From assembly GCA_965203805.1 (NCBI GenBank), contig OZ241917.1, positions 1,504,001-1,568,000 of the forward strand: a stretch of 64,000 nt of DNA, in the 5' to 3' direction. Below the pieces are notes generated by a model that saw nothing but the letters and a program-made list of their open reading frames with translations, was not told where the DNA came from and ran no database searches. Position 1 is the stretch's first letter, and the number at the start of each line of letters is the position of its first letter. A program made the position numbers and the translations under genes. Origin of the DNA: Candidatus Latescibacterota bacterium (GTDB lineage Bacteria; Latescibacterota; UBA2968; GCA-2709665). Positions 40,193-50,755 of the stretch are shown piece after piece.

Positions 40193-41053
40193 TTATTCTT
40201 CTATCGAACTACAGTTCGAACCCAATACAAAATCCACCTCGGCCAACCAGGTTTGAAAAGTACTGTCAGCAGGCGCACACAGTCCTGATTCATGGAATAT
40301 CAGCCGTTCAAGGAACTTTAACTGAACCATACTCTGCGGGAGCGGACCAGACAAAGGACTCGTTTGTAGATTCAAGTGCTCCAGACGGGAAAGATGACTT
40401 ATTTCCCCCGGCACAGAACCTTCTAATTGACTACCGCCCACAAATAGGTGAGTAAGTCGGCTAAGGTTGGTCAACTCAATCGGGAATGAGCCTGTCAAGG
40501 GATTGGTACCAATCCATAATTTATTCAAATTTGATAGGCTGCTCAATTCAGGAGGGATCGGGCCACTTAACTGATTTTCAGAAAGAAACAAGACGCGAAG
40601 GTCTGGTAACTTGGCCAATTCGGGAGGGATCGGGCCGGTTAACTGATTCTTGTGCAAATAAAGCACTTGGAGTTTATCCAGACCACCGAGTTCCTTCGGT
40701 ATTGAACCTGTCAGATTATTTCCCTGCAGATTTATAGTCACAACTCGATTATTTGACACCACGATACCGTGCCAGGTAGAAATATCACTATCTGTCAACC
40801 AATTGGCTTTGACCCGCCAATTATCTCCGTTCGTCGCGAGATAAAGCGCAATCAACCTATCGCGGTCTGACAAGGGTGGAGAATAAGTAGATCCGAAGAC
40901 TCGAGCAAAGGCTATAAAATCAGCGAAATCGACATCAAAATCACCGTCAAAGTCTCCAGGATACGGTGAACAATTTTCCTGCGCAGAAACCGAACCCACT
41001 ATAAGCACGAACAGAATAAACAAAGTCAATCGTGCCTTCATAGTATCCCCCAA
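40193..41053 (-). CDS. Secreted leucine-rich-repeat protein with EF-hand/dockerin-like motif
   Basis: Signal peptide, GDFDGDFDVDFADF, plant-type LRRs LxLxxNQL(T/S)GPIP; visibly AT-richer than flanks. Confidence 0.92.
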   Translation of the reverse strand: MGDTMKARLTLFILFVLIVGSVSAQENCSPYPGDFDGDFDVDFADFIAFARVFGSTYSPPLSDRDRLIALYLATNGDNWRVKANWLTDSDISTWHGIVVSNNRVVTINLQGNNLTGSIPKELGGLDKLQVLYLHKNQLTGPIPPELAKLPDLRVLFLSENQLSGPIPPELSSLSNLNKLWIGTNPLTGSFPIELTNLSRLTHLFVGGSQLEGSVPGEISHLSRLEHLNLQTSPLSGPLPQSMVQLKFLERLIFHESGLCAPADSTFQTWLAEVDFVLGSNCSSIEE

Positions 41054-41090
41054 ATTATATAAAACAAGCCATGGGACAATATTGCTCAGT

Positions 41091-41303
41091 TCAAAGCTTC
41101 AGGTGGCTGTCGATCCATTCGTACACTTTCTCTCTGACGCCTCCCGGAAAACCATGATTACCACCGTCCTCGTCGAAGAAGATGGTTCGCAAATTATCAC
41201 CCGCACCGAGACCAGCGTACCGCTTGCGGGCGTGCCGCTCGATTCTCTTTGTCTCGGCGACCTGCCGCTCACTGATCCTCTTCCAATTCCCCTGATCGGC
41301 CAA
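41091..41303 (-). pseudogene. C-terminal remnant of an alpha/beta (dienelactone-hydrolase-like) enzyme
   Basis: YAGLGAGDNL..GNHGFP..VYEWI. Confidence 0.45.
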
Positions 41304-41451
41304 GGAATTCAGTTGACGCCGGAGGACCCAATTTCGTCTGAGGTGTCTTCAGCTACCGATATGGCGCAGCCGGTTGACGTCGGTTTCTTCAGACGAACTA
41401 TCTCACGGCAGATTAGCCGTCATCTGGTCTCGCAAGGACGCCCCTCCCGGT

Positions 41452-42252
41452 TCACGACTCGAACATCCAGCTAGCCCTGCCGTAATCGAATGCTTCGAAG
41501 TCGTCACGGTACATGTTGTAGACCAGCGCGGCCAATTCGCGGCTGTACGCCGTGGTGAGCGGAACCCGAACCGTCGCGTTTCGCCTCTCTGACGCTAGCG
41601 CGACCGTCTCCTCTGGCGCACCGAGCCGCCTAAGAATCGCCTTAAAATCGTCTGCGAAATTCTCAAATCGGCCGATAAAATCATAATTGATCAAATCCTG
41701 CATCAGAATCCGGTTCTGAGCATTGAAGTGCCCGTCATAGATGGCATCAGGCTTCAATTCGTAACGTACCGTTGCGCGACAGTCTGACAGGAAGTGTACG
41801 AAGTCTGCAAACGTCACCATAGCACGGTGATTTCCATCCCCGGCAGGGTAATTGAACTCGTCCCGAATCACATCCTGCAGCCACAAATACTGGGTATCCC
41901 GCGTGTTTCCGATCTTCGACTTGTAGGCCGAGAGCAATCGATGATACGGATTGCGGACAAAGCAGAATTTCACCCATTCGGTCGAGGTCAGCATCTCAAC
42001 GATCTCCTTAGTGCTGTAGCGGGCGAGAAATAACCCGCGATCGAGACCGTGGACGTCGTTCGGATTTTCCTGCACCGACTTTCCGGCCAAGTGATATAGC
42101 GCCACCTTAACCGTCGTGCAAGCGACTTTGGGTAACGTCATGCACAGGCATTTGTACTCGGGAAGGACCCACCCGTGGTAAGTGAAACTCTGGTTAACAT
42201 CGTTTTCCCGTGCTGTCCGGATACGCGATGTCAGCTGTTTCGCATCGTCCAT
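41452..42252 (-). CDS. Sulfotransferase family 2 protein
   Basis: PKVACT, FVRNPYHRLLSAY, YDFIGRFE, YRDDFEAFDY. Confidence 0.92.
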   Translation of the reverse strand: MDDAKQLTSRIRTARENDVNQSFTYHGWVLPEYKCLCMTLPKVACTTVKVALYHLAGKSVQENPNDVHGLDRGLFLARYSTKEIVEMLTSTEWVKFCFVRNPYHRLLSAYKSKIGNTRDTQYLWLQDVIRDEFNYPAGDGNHRAMVTFADFVHFLSDCRATVRYELKPDAIYDGHFNAQNRILMQDLINYDFIGRFENFADDFKAILRRLGAPEETVALASERRNATVRVPLTTAYSRELAALVYNMYRDDFEAFDYGRASWMFES

Positions 42253-42288
42253 TTCTGCCTCGAGCTGTCGCTCCCATACTGGAGGGCA

Positions 42289-42702
42289 TCAAAGCCGCCG
42301 TTGATTCTTGAGTTCCGGGACGATGTGATTCCGCAGAATGGGATTCAGCGGATATTTCTCCGATTCCAGTTCCGCCATGGATGCCCATGCGATCTCGAGC
42401 ACCTCGTCCTGGTCGGGAACGGGGTTTCCCTCAAAGCCTGCCGTGTAAGCCCTGATCCTGACCATGTGCCGTTCTCCCGTTCCGTCAGGGTCGACCAAAC
42501 GCTCGTATTCGCCGAAGAATTCTGGATCCGTGGGCGTGATGTTCAGCTCTTCCAACAACTCTCTTCGCAGTGTCTCCAGGTCCGACTCCCCGTCTTCGAC
42601 CTTTCCGCCAGGCAGGAGATAATCATCGATGCCGTCGCATTTCACGAGCATGAGGCCATCCTGCGTAATCAGAATTCCAGATATGCGAACGAATGTCTTC
42701 AT
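42289..42702 (-). CDS. Nudix hydrolase
   Basis: PGGKVEDGE..RRELLEEL. Confidence 0.92.
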   Translation of the reverse strand: MKTFVRISGILITQDGLMLVKCDGIDDYLLPGGKVEDGESDLETLRRELLEELNITPTDPEFFGEYERLVDPDGTGERHMVRIRAYTAGFEGNPVPDQDEVLEIAWASMAELESEKYPLNPILRNHIVPELKNQRRL

Positions 42703-42805
42703 TGCCTGCTTTCAGGCTTGGGTGAAGGCGATCGTCTGTGAAAGACTCGAAGTTATCGGGGAGATCCCTTGTCGATCCACAGTCCGCCCGGATTGTCTTT
42801 CCTGT

Positions 42806-43300
42806 CTACGCCGATTCCTCCACCTTCAGGGACTTAACCGTAACAGTGGACCCCCACCCCGGTCCGATACATACCGGCCCTATGAGACCGCTGTAGTCGT
42901 TTCGTTGAAACTCATCCGGGTTCTCGCCCTCGTTGCTGTAACGCAACTCACCGTCGACCAACACCCGCATGAAATCCTCCTGTATCTCCCACGTCACCCT
43001 CACCCATGTATCCCGCGGAATCCGCCCCTGTCCCTCCGCGAAGAACGCGTGGCCGTAGACCGGCTCGTAACACGCCATCTCTTCAAGTGCGACTTCCCAG
43101 TTCAAGATCACGTGCCCCTTCGCGAAATGGAGCCGAAGGTTTGTGGAATCCGTCTTCGCCACCGCTTCGATGCGCAGCGGCACGGCGTAAACACCTGGAG
43201 TGCGAACATATCCGTATCCCGAAAGGCTCAGCCGCTCACTGTCGCATTTTGCGACACATTCGCTGACCGGGACGAGCTCGAAAAGCGGAATCTCCGGCAT
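42806..43300 (-). CDS. Hypothetical beta-rich protein
   Basis: GGAGG RBS, 164 aa, co-oriented. Confidence 0.7.
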   Translation of the reverse strand: MPEIPLFELVPVSECVAKCDSERLSLSGYGYVRTPGVYAVPLRIEAVAKTDSTNLRLHFAKGHVILNWEVALEEMACYEPVYGHAFFAEGQGRIPRDTWVRVTWEIQEDFMRVLVDGELRYSNEGENPDEFQRNDYSGLIGPVCIGPGWGSTVTVKSLKVEESA

Positions 43301-43312
43301 CTCAACCTCCTG

Positions 43313-44152
43313 TTAAACCAGTCCGATTTTCCTGAACAGAAACAGGGCTTCAACGGTAAAACTCGCCCGGTGTTCCTCCCCGTGGCCGGTAATCCAGCCC
43401 CCGTCCTCCTGTTGATTGCCCGTCACGCTGGCCAATGACAATTCAAAGAGGTCTTCCGCAACGTCACCGGCAAGATGGCTGGCGTGCGCAATGGAGATGA
43501 CGTCTCCCGGATCCCCTTTGCCCTGTTCCACGGTATCATACAATATCCTCCTGCACCCGCTGACAATCTGTTCGTCTGTCCCAATGCCGGATGTGTGGAG
43601 ATGAAACAGTGGCAACGCCATCCAGTGTGTGTGATTGTAGTCCGGAAATCTCTCGCCATTCCATCCCCGCCGGACGAAATTCACGGCTTTTGAGAAATCT
43701 ACCTCGTGCTGCAGGCCCGATTCCATCAGTTTGCAGCACAGAGCCGCGGTCAACCAGACCTGGTTTCCATACCGGCCGGGCAGCATCCAGAACGGCGGAT
43801 TGAAAGCCACGATTGCTTCCGGCTCATCCCAGCTTCCGTCATCCCGCTGGGTTCTGCGGAGAAAGTCGAGTGTATTCAGCATTACCGAACTGTCGCGGTC
43901 TCCAATCCAGCTCAGCCATTGTAGCGCGACGAATGTCGCGGTGATGATCGACAGGTCGCCCTGAAAGTCCTTGTCGGTTCTCGTCCAGCCACCGTCGTCT
44001 CTCTGATTGACGGCGAGAGCCTCGATGACCTCGCCGCGACTGCAATCTCCCGTCGCATATCTGGCCAAACTCGAAAGTGCGGGATCGTCCGAATCAAGGA
44101 CGAAAGCCACGGCTCTTCCCGGATCAATTCTGCTCACGATTCCTTCCTCCAA
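43313..44152 (-). CDS. Prenyltransferase/squalene-oxidase (QW) repeat protein
   Basis: NQRDDGGW, TQRDDGSW, NQQEDGGW. Confidence 0.85.
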   Translation of the reverse strand: MEEGIVSRIDPGRAVAFVLDSDDPALSSLARYATGDCSRGEVIEALAVNQRDDGGWTRTDKDFQGDLSIITATFVALQWLSWIGDRDSSVMLNTLDFLRRTQRDDGSWDEPEAIVAFNPPFWMLPGRYGNQVWLTAALCCKLMESGLQHEVDFSKAVNFVRRGWNGERFPDYNHTHWMALPLFHLHTSGIGTDEQIVSGCRRILYDTVEQGKGDPGDVISIAHASHLAGDVAEDLFELSLASVTGNQQEDGGWITGHGEEHRASFTVEALFLFRKIGLV

Positions 44153-44296
44153 CGGTCACTCGAACCTGGTGGCCGAAAACGAACAGTGCTCAATCCAGCG
44201 TTGCGGTTAAGACACACACCGCGACGATGGCGACCGCTCCGATCCCGAGGAAGAGTTGCGGGTGCAGATTGAGCACGCTCGATCGGGCTTGTAAAG

Positions 44297-45052
44297 CTAC
44301 ATGATCGGCCTGAACCTGGCCTGTAGAATCCTCTGGGCCGACGACTCGCCAAAAGGCGCGCTGCAGCCCCGCAGATCCTCCACGACAGAGCGGTAATCGT
44401 AGACCAATCTGTGATTTGCCACGTTCCAATCCTGCCCATCCCAGCTCACGGTTGCATATCCAATGCGACGGTCCCCGTCGAACGGAAACCCAACCGAGTC
44501 GACGATACTATAGCGCTGACCGCACGGGACGCCGGAGGACGCATAGTGGAGGTGTCCCGCTACAATAAGATTTGCCTTCACACTTCCGAGCAGTTCTCCG
44601 GCCTCTTCCTCTTGCGTCACGGTCAGAAGTCCGAAGGGATCCGGCTCGAGAACCAGAACACCGGTCACGTCGGCAGGCGTCGCGTGCACGATGAATAGAT
44701 CGTCTTCCGGAGACGCGCCTCCCGGCGGGGTAATCCTGTGTTCAAAGGGTAGGCTCTTCAAGTAGCTCAAGCCATCTGACCCCAGTTTCTCCCTGACCCA
44801 ATCCGCGCCGTCGTCTGGATACCCTTCATCAAAGACGAAAAGGTCTGCGTTACCGTAAACCGCAGGAAACTCCAGGTCACGTATCATGTCCAGACTCTCG
44901 GCCGGGCGGGGTCCGTTCAGCACCAGGTCTCCGGCGACCACCAGACTGTCAATCCGTTGACTCTGCAGGTCCTTGAGAACGGCGTCGAGCGCAGCGGCAT
45001 TGCCGTGAATGTCCGCAATCACGGCTACTGTATAGAACTGGCGATTACTCAT
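44297..45052 (-). CDS. Metallophosphoesterase
   Basis: ADIHGN, GDLV, GNAD, GHLH. Confidence 0.9.
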   Translation of the reverse strand: MSNRQFYTVAVIADIHGNAAALDAVLKDLQSQRIDSLVVAGDLVLNGPRPAESLDMIRDLEFPAVYGNADLFVFDEGYPDDGADWVREKLGSDGLSYLKSLPFEHRITPPGGASPEDDLFIVHATPADVTGVLVLEPDPFGLLTVTQEEEAGELLGSVKANLIVAGHLHYASSGVPCGQRYSIVDSVGFPFDGDRRIGYATVSWDGQDWNVANHRLVYDYRSVVEDLRGCSAPFGESSAQRILQARFRPIM

Positions 45053-45617
45053 TCAAACCTGGAGAGCTTCGATCCCTTTTCAAATCATACGCGAAACGGT
45101 ACAGTTCACCGAAGTCCGCAGATTCCGGGCCGAACAACCCCGGCGCCTTGCTGAAATGGACGGCGCGAACTTCCACAATCCTGCTGTGCGGATCAGGATC
45201 AGATCTGTTCTCGCTTTTCCGAACCACGTTCACCCACGATACGACACGCACGTGCGCCGGATGCGGGATGTGGGGCAGCCTGGGGCGGTCGCTTCGTGAG
45301 ACGCAATAGTACATCCCCATGGGATGAAGCTTTCCCGGAACCCAACCGGTCTCCTCCAACAGCTCGCGACGACCGGCCTCCTCCCAATTCTCGCCGGATT
45401 CAAGCGTGCCTCCCGGCAGGACCCATTTCCCGTTAGACCGCCTGGTCACGAGACAATGCGTTTCCGATACGAAGGGAATGACATAAGACGAGCCACAAAC
45501 GGTCGACGCCAGCACATCTTCGAATCTGCGGAAGTGGACACCAGGACGCAACTGTCCGTTCTTTCCGCTCAGCACGGGGTATTGGGAGATCAATTCGTCG
45601 AAATGCGAATAGTCCAC
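45045..45617 (-). CDS. Nudix hydrolase
   Basis: PGGTLESGE..RRELLEETG; GTG start inferred. Confidence 0.8.
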   Translation of the reverse strand: MDYSHFDELISQYPVLSGKNGQLRPGVHFRRFEDVLASTVCGSSYVIPFVSETHCLVTRRSNGKWVLPGGTLESGENWEEAGRRELLEETGWVPGKLHPMGMYYCVSRSDRPRLPHIPHPAHVRVVSWVNVVRKSENRSDPDPHSRIVEVRAVHFSKAPGLFGPESADFGELYRFAYDLKRDRSSPGLNE

Positions 45618-45699
45618 GTTCAGCCTGCTCTGTTTCCAGAGTCGGGTCCTTCCCCGCAGCGACGATCGTGCAACAACAGATCGTTCCGATTCCCGAGAA

Positions 45700-46413
45700 T
45701 CAATCGGCGTTGGCGATGGAATCGACCGCCGACGGCAGTTCTTCCATGTTGGAAATTGTCTCGTCCGGCAATTCATCCGGCACACGAGGTTCCAATTCCG
45801 CGTATCTGCCTCGCCGCATCCAAACGGTCCGTAGACCGACCTGCTTTGCAGGGATGATATCGTTGTCCAGGCGATCGCCGATCATAATCGCCTCCGAAGG
45901 CGCAAATCCCGCCCGGTCGAAAATTGTACGGAAGAATCGCTCATCAGGCTTCTTGATCCCGAGGCTGCCTGACACGTCCGTATGGCGGAACCATCGCAAT
46001 ACACCAAGATCGTCCAGGACGTCGACGATGTCCGCCGGCGCGTTGCCGGCCAGCGCGAGCGTGTATTCACAGGCCAACTGCTCGAGGACCGCCTCGGCCC
46101 CCGGGTACAACCGGCAACCGAGAGACCTGATCTCAGAGTAGTGCGATCGCACCTCACGTGTGATCTCGTTGAAGAGGCGTACATCAGACCCGGCGAAGTG
46201 CCACGTGATCGCGGGCATGGCGCTCGGAACGAACTGCGATATCTTCTCGCTGTCCAACTGTCTGTACTCTTCAATGGACAACTCAAAGCCGAAGTTGCCA
46301 AGCGTGGTTCGATGCGCCTCCATCAACGCATCCTGTTGACCGACGGCATGGAGAAGGGTCTCTCCGATATCGAACAACAGCACCGAAATCATGCGAATCT
46401 CACCTTGGTTCAT
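45700..46413 (-). CDS. HAD-superfamily hydrolase
   Basis: FDIGETL, KP, IGDRLDND. Confidence 0.9.
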   Translation of the reverse strand: MNQGEIRMISVLLFDIGETLLHAVGQQDALMEAHRTTLGNFGFELSIEEYRQLDSEKISQFVPSAMPAITWHFAGSDVRLFNEITREVRSHYSEIRSLGCRLYPGAEAVLEQLACEYTLALAGNAPADIVDVLDDLGVLRWFRHTDVSGSLGIKKPDERFFRTIFDRAGFAPSEAIMIGDRLDNDIIPAKQVGLRTVWMRRGRYAELEPRVPDELPDETISNMEELPSAVDSIANAD

Positions 46414-46460
46414 CCAATATGCGGCGCGACGTCATCCAGCCTCTATTAATCTAAGGCACA

Positions 46461-46519
46461 AACTTACATGGACGGACAGGATGAACAGGATAAAGACCAC
46501 AAGCAGGACAAATGCTCAC
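46461..46519. repeat. CAGGAT-type repeat; empty-site homologue of 55952-56037 (inverted)
   Basis: Reverse complement aligns with 55952-56037 apart from the 27-bp insert and a few substitutions. Confidence 0.85.
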
Positions 46520-46705
46520 CTTCCGGGCTAAATCGATAAATCCTTACTACTGTAGACCGCGCAACATCAACCTGACCCATCAGATTCCGCATTTTTTAAA
46601 CGCTGTCGTATAATTCTCCGCTGAAATTATTTAAATACAATCAGTTATACAACAGAACCGCGGATTCTCGTTAATCATCCAACCTGCGCGATTCGCTTGT
46701 ACAAA

Positions 46706-47680
46706 TCAACAGTCACTAAAGGAGGTTAACACGGCGTCCCATGCGAGCTCGGAAGCGATAAATCCGATATCGAACTCATCCAGGGTTTTCGTTTTGACTT
46801 CGTTTGTGGTCATCGCATACAGGATATCGCCGTCATATTGGGTGTGAAAAGGCTGAATCGCCTGAGACATGGAACTATGCACCTGTTTCGCCATTTGATG
46901 CAAAGGTCCTGAATCCATCTGCCGGTTGGTGACGACCAGCGTCAGGGTCGTGTTTTCGCGGGAAAGGTCGCGCTTTGTCGATCGGGCGGACCTGCGTTCA
47001 ACCCGATCCCGTATATGAACGCGGTTTCCTGTCTTGGGATCCCTATTCCCCCTGACAACCTGCCCCTGGCGATCGACAATCGCGCCGAGCGCATTCACAA
47101 CGGTAAATACAGCTATTTTCGTACGTCCGATCTGTCGAAAGGCGGCCCCCTGTCCGGATGATTCCCGAACGCCCAACCCGGATCCGCCGCCCACGTTGGC
47201 CGAACGACCTGCGCCGCGGGCGCCGAGCGGGAAGACGCCGGTACGGGCTGCTCTCAGAGCGGCACGACCGAGTTTCATATCCGGATAGATGGCGTTTTTC
47301 CTCCCTCTCCAATCCCAGATAATAGCGCCCGATACGAGGGGAATATTCTCCCAGTTAATGGAATATTCCTGCATCGCGAGGAGTTCGGCGCGCACACCCA
47401 GAACTGCTTCAAGACCGTAAAGTGAGCCGCCGGCGAAGCAAATGGCGTGGTACCAGCCATATCCCGTCTCGATTGCGCCAACGCTGCCCCCTCGAATATC
47501 GACAGCCGTCGAGACGCCTTTCGGGAAGTGGAACACCGTACAACCGGTCGGACCCTCTTCATACTCAGCGATACCGACCTTCATGTCCGGAAAGTTGAAC
47601 TCGAGGATTGGACCGTCAAAGTCGGTCTTTGGATTCAACTGTACGGTATCATGTGAGACCGGTTTTCTTCGCTTTGCCAT
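46706..47680 (-). CDS. Peptidase family S58 (DmpA/P1) protein
   Basis: PTGCTV, GGSLYGL, VVNALG, NTTL, DGD. Confidence 0.9.
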   Translation of the reverse strand: MAKRRKPVSHDTVQLNPKTDFDGPILEFNFPDMKVGIAEYEEGPTGCTVFHFPKGVSTAVDIRGGSVGAIETGYGWYHAICFAGGSLYGLEAVLGVRAELLAMQEYSINWENIPLVSGAIIWDWRGRKNAIYPDMKLGRAALRAARTGVFPLGARGAGRSANVGGGSGLGVRESSGQGAAFRQIGRTKIAVFTVVNALGAIVDRQGQVVRGNRDPKTGNRVHIRDRVERRSARSTKRDLSRENTTLTLVVTNRQMDSGPLHQMAKQVHSSMSQAIQPFHTQYDGDILYAMTTNEVKTKTLDEFDIGFIASELAWDAVLTSFSDC

Positions 47681-47683
47681 CGG

Positions 47684-49027
47684 TCAATCCCGTTTGGAAT
47701 CGCCTTTCGCCAGGCTGGCGCAGACAAGCTCCTCGTCATTTCGCGCAAACACATGCTTATAGGCGAACGCGGGATGTGCCCATGTGACCCCGCCTCTCCG
47801 GTTCAACTGATCGCGCGTCGGTTCGATCAGTTTCGCGCGACTGATGATATTCAGCCCGTCCGGCGAAAGCGTTGTAATCAGGAGTTCGCCACGCTCATTG
47901 AACATCCAGACCCTGTCGCCGTTCCTGATGAAATGGATATTGCTCCAGCGGGCTTTGGGCACCGCTGTCAGGTCTTCCCAGATCCGTTCGCCGTTGCGGG
48001 CATCAAGGCAGCGGAGTTCCCCGTAGCTATCCACACCGTAAATGTAATGGCCAAGTCGGACCGGAGTCGACATCGTGGAATGGAGGGCATCCGTGTTCCG
48101 CTCGTCCTTGCCCTTTCGGTGCCACCCGAATTGCATCTCCGGCTTATCCGGACTCACCTTCAGCAGCAACGATCCATCGAAGAAATCCGTAAAAAACAAC
48201 TCGTTACGATAAAAAACAGGGGATGCGATCCCGATCTCCATTCGATTCGGCGGAAAAGGATGGCGCCAGTAGACACCGCCCGTCTTCGGATTGAGACCGA
48301 CGATACTCTCGGCCGTCCGACAGACCAGGATGCGCTTATTGCCCTGCTTAATCGCAATCGGCGCCGAGTAAGATGCCTTGTCGTCCAGCGCCTTCCATTT
48401 CTCAACGCCGGTTTCGCGGTCGAATGCGACGATGCAGGCATCGGGCGTACCGCCGACCTGGACGATTACGTTTGATCCTTCAACGATCGGCGCACCTGCA
48501 ATGCCCCAGGTCGGCATCGCGATATTGTATTCGGAGTTCAGATCTCTCTTCCACTTCAATGCGCCGGTCGCCGCGTCGAAGCAGTGGAGATGGCCCATCG
48601 CGCCAAGGGCGTACGCCAGGCCGTTGTGAACGGTAACCGTCGCGCGGGGTCCCGCGACATAGTTGATCCGGTACTCGCAATCGTACGTGTAGGACCAGAT
48701 CAGTTCTCCCGTTTCCCATGCAAAACAGTGGACCCGCTCGACCTGTTTGGGTTTTGCGAGACGGTCCGTAACGTAAACGCGCCCGTTGGCGACGCTCGGG
48801 CCGCTATAGCCGCTGCCGATCGGCACTCGCCAGCGGACCGGGATCTCCGGGCCGTCAAGCGCTTCGATGATCCCGGTCTCTCGCCAGACCCCATCCCGGG
48901 CCGATCCGCGCCACTGCGGCCATTCGTCGGCCGCAATCGAAGAGATGGGGATGAACACCGCCAACATCATTGCCGTAAATCTCAAATGGATCCCCTTCAT
49001 GTTTCGTCCTGTCATTTGTTCTGGCAC
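47684..49027 (-). CDS. Secreted PQQ-like beta-propeller protein
   Basis: Signal peptide, WPQWRG, GYSGP, repeated TG..W. Confidence 0.92.
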   Translation of the reverse strand: MPEQMTGRNMKGIHLRFTAMMLAVFIPISSIAADEWPQWRGSARDGVWRETGIIEALDGPEIPVRWRVPIGSGYSGPSVANGRVYVTDRLAKPKQVERVHCFAWETGELIWSYTYDCEYRINYVAGPRATVTVHNGLAYALGAMGHLHCFDAATGALKWKRDLNSEYNIAMPTWGIAGAPIVEGSNVIVQVGGTPDACIVAFDRETGVEKWKALDDKASYSAPIAIKQGNKRILVCRTAESIVGLNPKTGGVYWRHPFPPNRMEIGIASPVFYRNELFFTDFFDGSLLLKVSPDKPEMQFGWHRKGKDERNTDALHSTMSTPVRLGHYIYGVDSYGELRCLDARNGERIWEDLTAVPKARWSNIHFIRNGDRVWMFNERGELLITTLSPDGLNIISRAKLIEPTRDQLNRRGGVTWAHPAFAYKHVFARNDEELVCASLAKGDSKRD

Positions 49028-49146
49028 GTAAATCTCCTTGAGGTATCGACGCTTCCGGCATTTGCAGCCGCCGCGAGCTTGACGGGTCGGAGCGGCACGA
49101 GCGACCTGGTAATCTGACGATTGCGCATCACGCGGGGCTGGCTCCC

Positions 49147-50547
49147 TTGACGGTTTCTGATTCTAATGATTCCAGACGAACCTTTTCGCCTTCCAATACG
49201 TCATGCTATCAGGAGGGCATAGACCGAATGTTACGACATCCGCCCAAAGAACTCGTCGGGCAATCCTCAGAGGGAAACACCGAAGCGTTTGTTGCCGCAG
49301 TCAGGTACTATGAAGATCGACTGGCCACGCTCATCAGATACTTCATTGATAATGAAAACGATGCGGCGGATGTGCTCCAGGATACTCTGCTCCAGGCCTG
49401 GTCCACTCGGCACCAGTTGCGGGAACCGACAAAGTTCGGCCCATGGCTCTTCCAGGTTGCGAGAAACCGCTGCCGGGATTTCCTCAGAGGAAAGCACAGA
49501 AGAGAACTGCCGACGTCGCCAATTGAGCTGGAGCGGATCCTGAATGAGTCACGTACGACGCCGCAGGATCGAATGGAATCGATCCGGCGGATCAGACGAG
49601 CAATAGAGAAAATACCAAATTACGAAGCGAACGCCATCAAAGACTTTTACTTCAAAGGTCTTACAATCGGAGAAATCGCAAAACGTACCGGACGTTCCGA
49701 TGGCACAATCAAACGCCGGCTTTCAACCGGACGTAATCGGATACGTGAAGTACTCGGCGTGTCAGAACAAAGAAGGAGGCCGCCAATGCCGGCACCTGTC
49801 TCACATGAGTTGAAGCACCGATTTCCCCAGGAACGTCCCACGATTCAGATCGGCAGGTCGGAGTGTCCATCATTTTCCGTAGACTGCCAGGAACTCCGAT
49901 GGTGGTTCGCCGTACCCAAAATAGACCAGTCGGTGCTCGTCGCAACCTATAGTCCGGACTCCTGGAAGCTGACGTCGGTAATGAGACTGAAAGCAACCGG
50001 AGTCGCTGAGGTCCACGGGGTCGAAGGTATCGAAATCGAGGTGACCGAGTCCAGTACGCAAACGCCCACGGAGAGCAGGGTCTGCTCGATCGTCGGACGG
50101 CTCACAGAAGAAAGGGCTCAGTACCTCGCCGTCATTCAGCGAAACGGAACGTTCAGTGTCGAGACTTTCTTGAGCGAGGCCTTCTGGCGAGATGCTCTCC
50201 GGATGCTTGAACCTCAGGGGACATTTAACGAGGTGGCGCCTCGGGAGTTTCGCAGAACTGACGAGTCCTGTGAAGAAGCGGGGGCGGGAAATCACGACGT
50301 ACGAGTAGAAGGTCGTTTGTTCTCGTGCCTGAGGGTCCTTGAGCTCGAGGGAGATCCCCGGGCGTCGGATTCCGTCTTCACCGAGAGTTTTCTAACTACG
50401 GAGGGCCGCACCCTGCTCAGGAGACATTTCTGCCGCCCTGAATGCGAGAACGTCTCCGTCGATCATTCGGAGGGGGTCGTAGTGGACGGATTCAGTTTCG
50501 TACACTGGTATGACAATCTGACAGATCTGGCGTTTCAGCAGCGGTAA
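49147..50547 (+). CDS. ECF sigma-70 factor with long C-terminal extension
   Basis: DAADVLQDT, WLFQVARNRCRD, EIAKRTG..GTIKRRL; start may be later. Confidence 0.88.
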   Translation: MTVSDSNDSRRTFSPSNTSCYQEGIDRMLRHPPKELVGQSSEGNTEAFVAAVRYYEDRLATLIRYFIDNENDAADVLQDTLLQAWSTRHQLREPTKFGPWLFQVARNRCRDFLRGKHRRELPTSPIELERILNESRTTPQDRMESIRRIRRAIEKIPNYEANAIKDFYFKGLTIGEIAKRTGRSDGTIKRRLSTGRNRIREVLGVSEQRRRPPMPAPVSHELKHRFPQERPTIQIGRSECPSFSVDCQELRWWFAVPKIDQSVLVATYSPDSWKLTSVMRLKATGVAEVHGVEGIEIEVTESSTQTPTESRVCSIVGRLTEERAQYLAVIQRNGTFSVETFLSEAFWRDALRMLEPQGTFNEVAPREFRRTDESCEEAGAGNHDVRVEGRLFSCLRVLELEGDPRASDSVFTESFLTTEGRTLLRRHFCRPECENVSVDHSEGVVVDGFSFVHWYDNLTDLAFQQR

Positions 50548-50755
50548 CTCCGGCCCGTTCGCGAGAGATATCTGCTGTCGCAAATCGTAACGAACGTGCT
50601 GAAGCAAACCTCAACAGAAATTCGAGCGTTGTCACGGATTACTCATAGCGGCAGCCTGTCGCGTCACCCCTCCGGGTTGCCAGGCGCAAATCTGCCGGGA
50701 CGGGATTCCCCATTGCATGAATGAGTCGCTCCGGTTCGCCGCTCGCTGCACAAGT

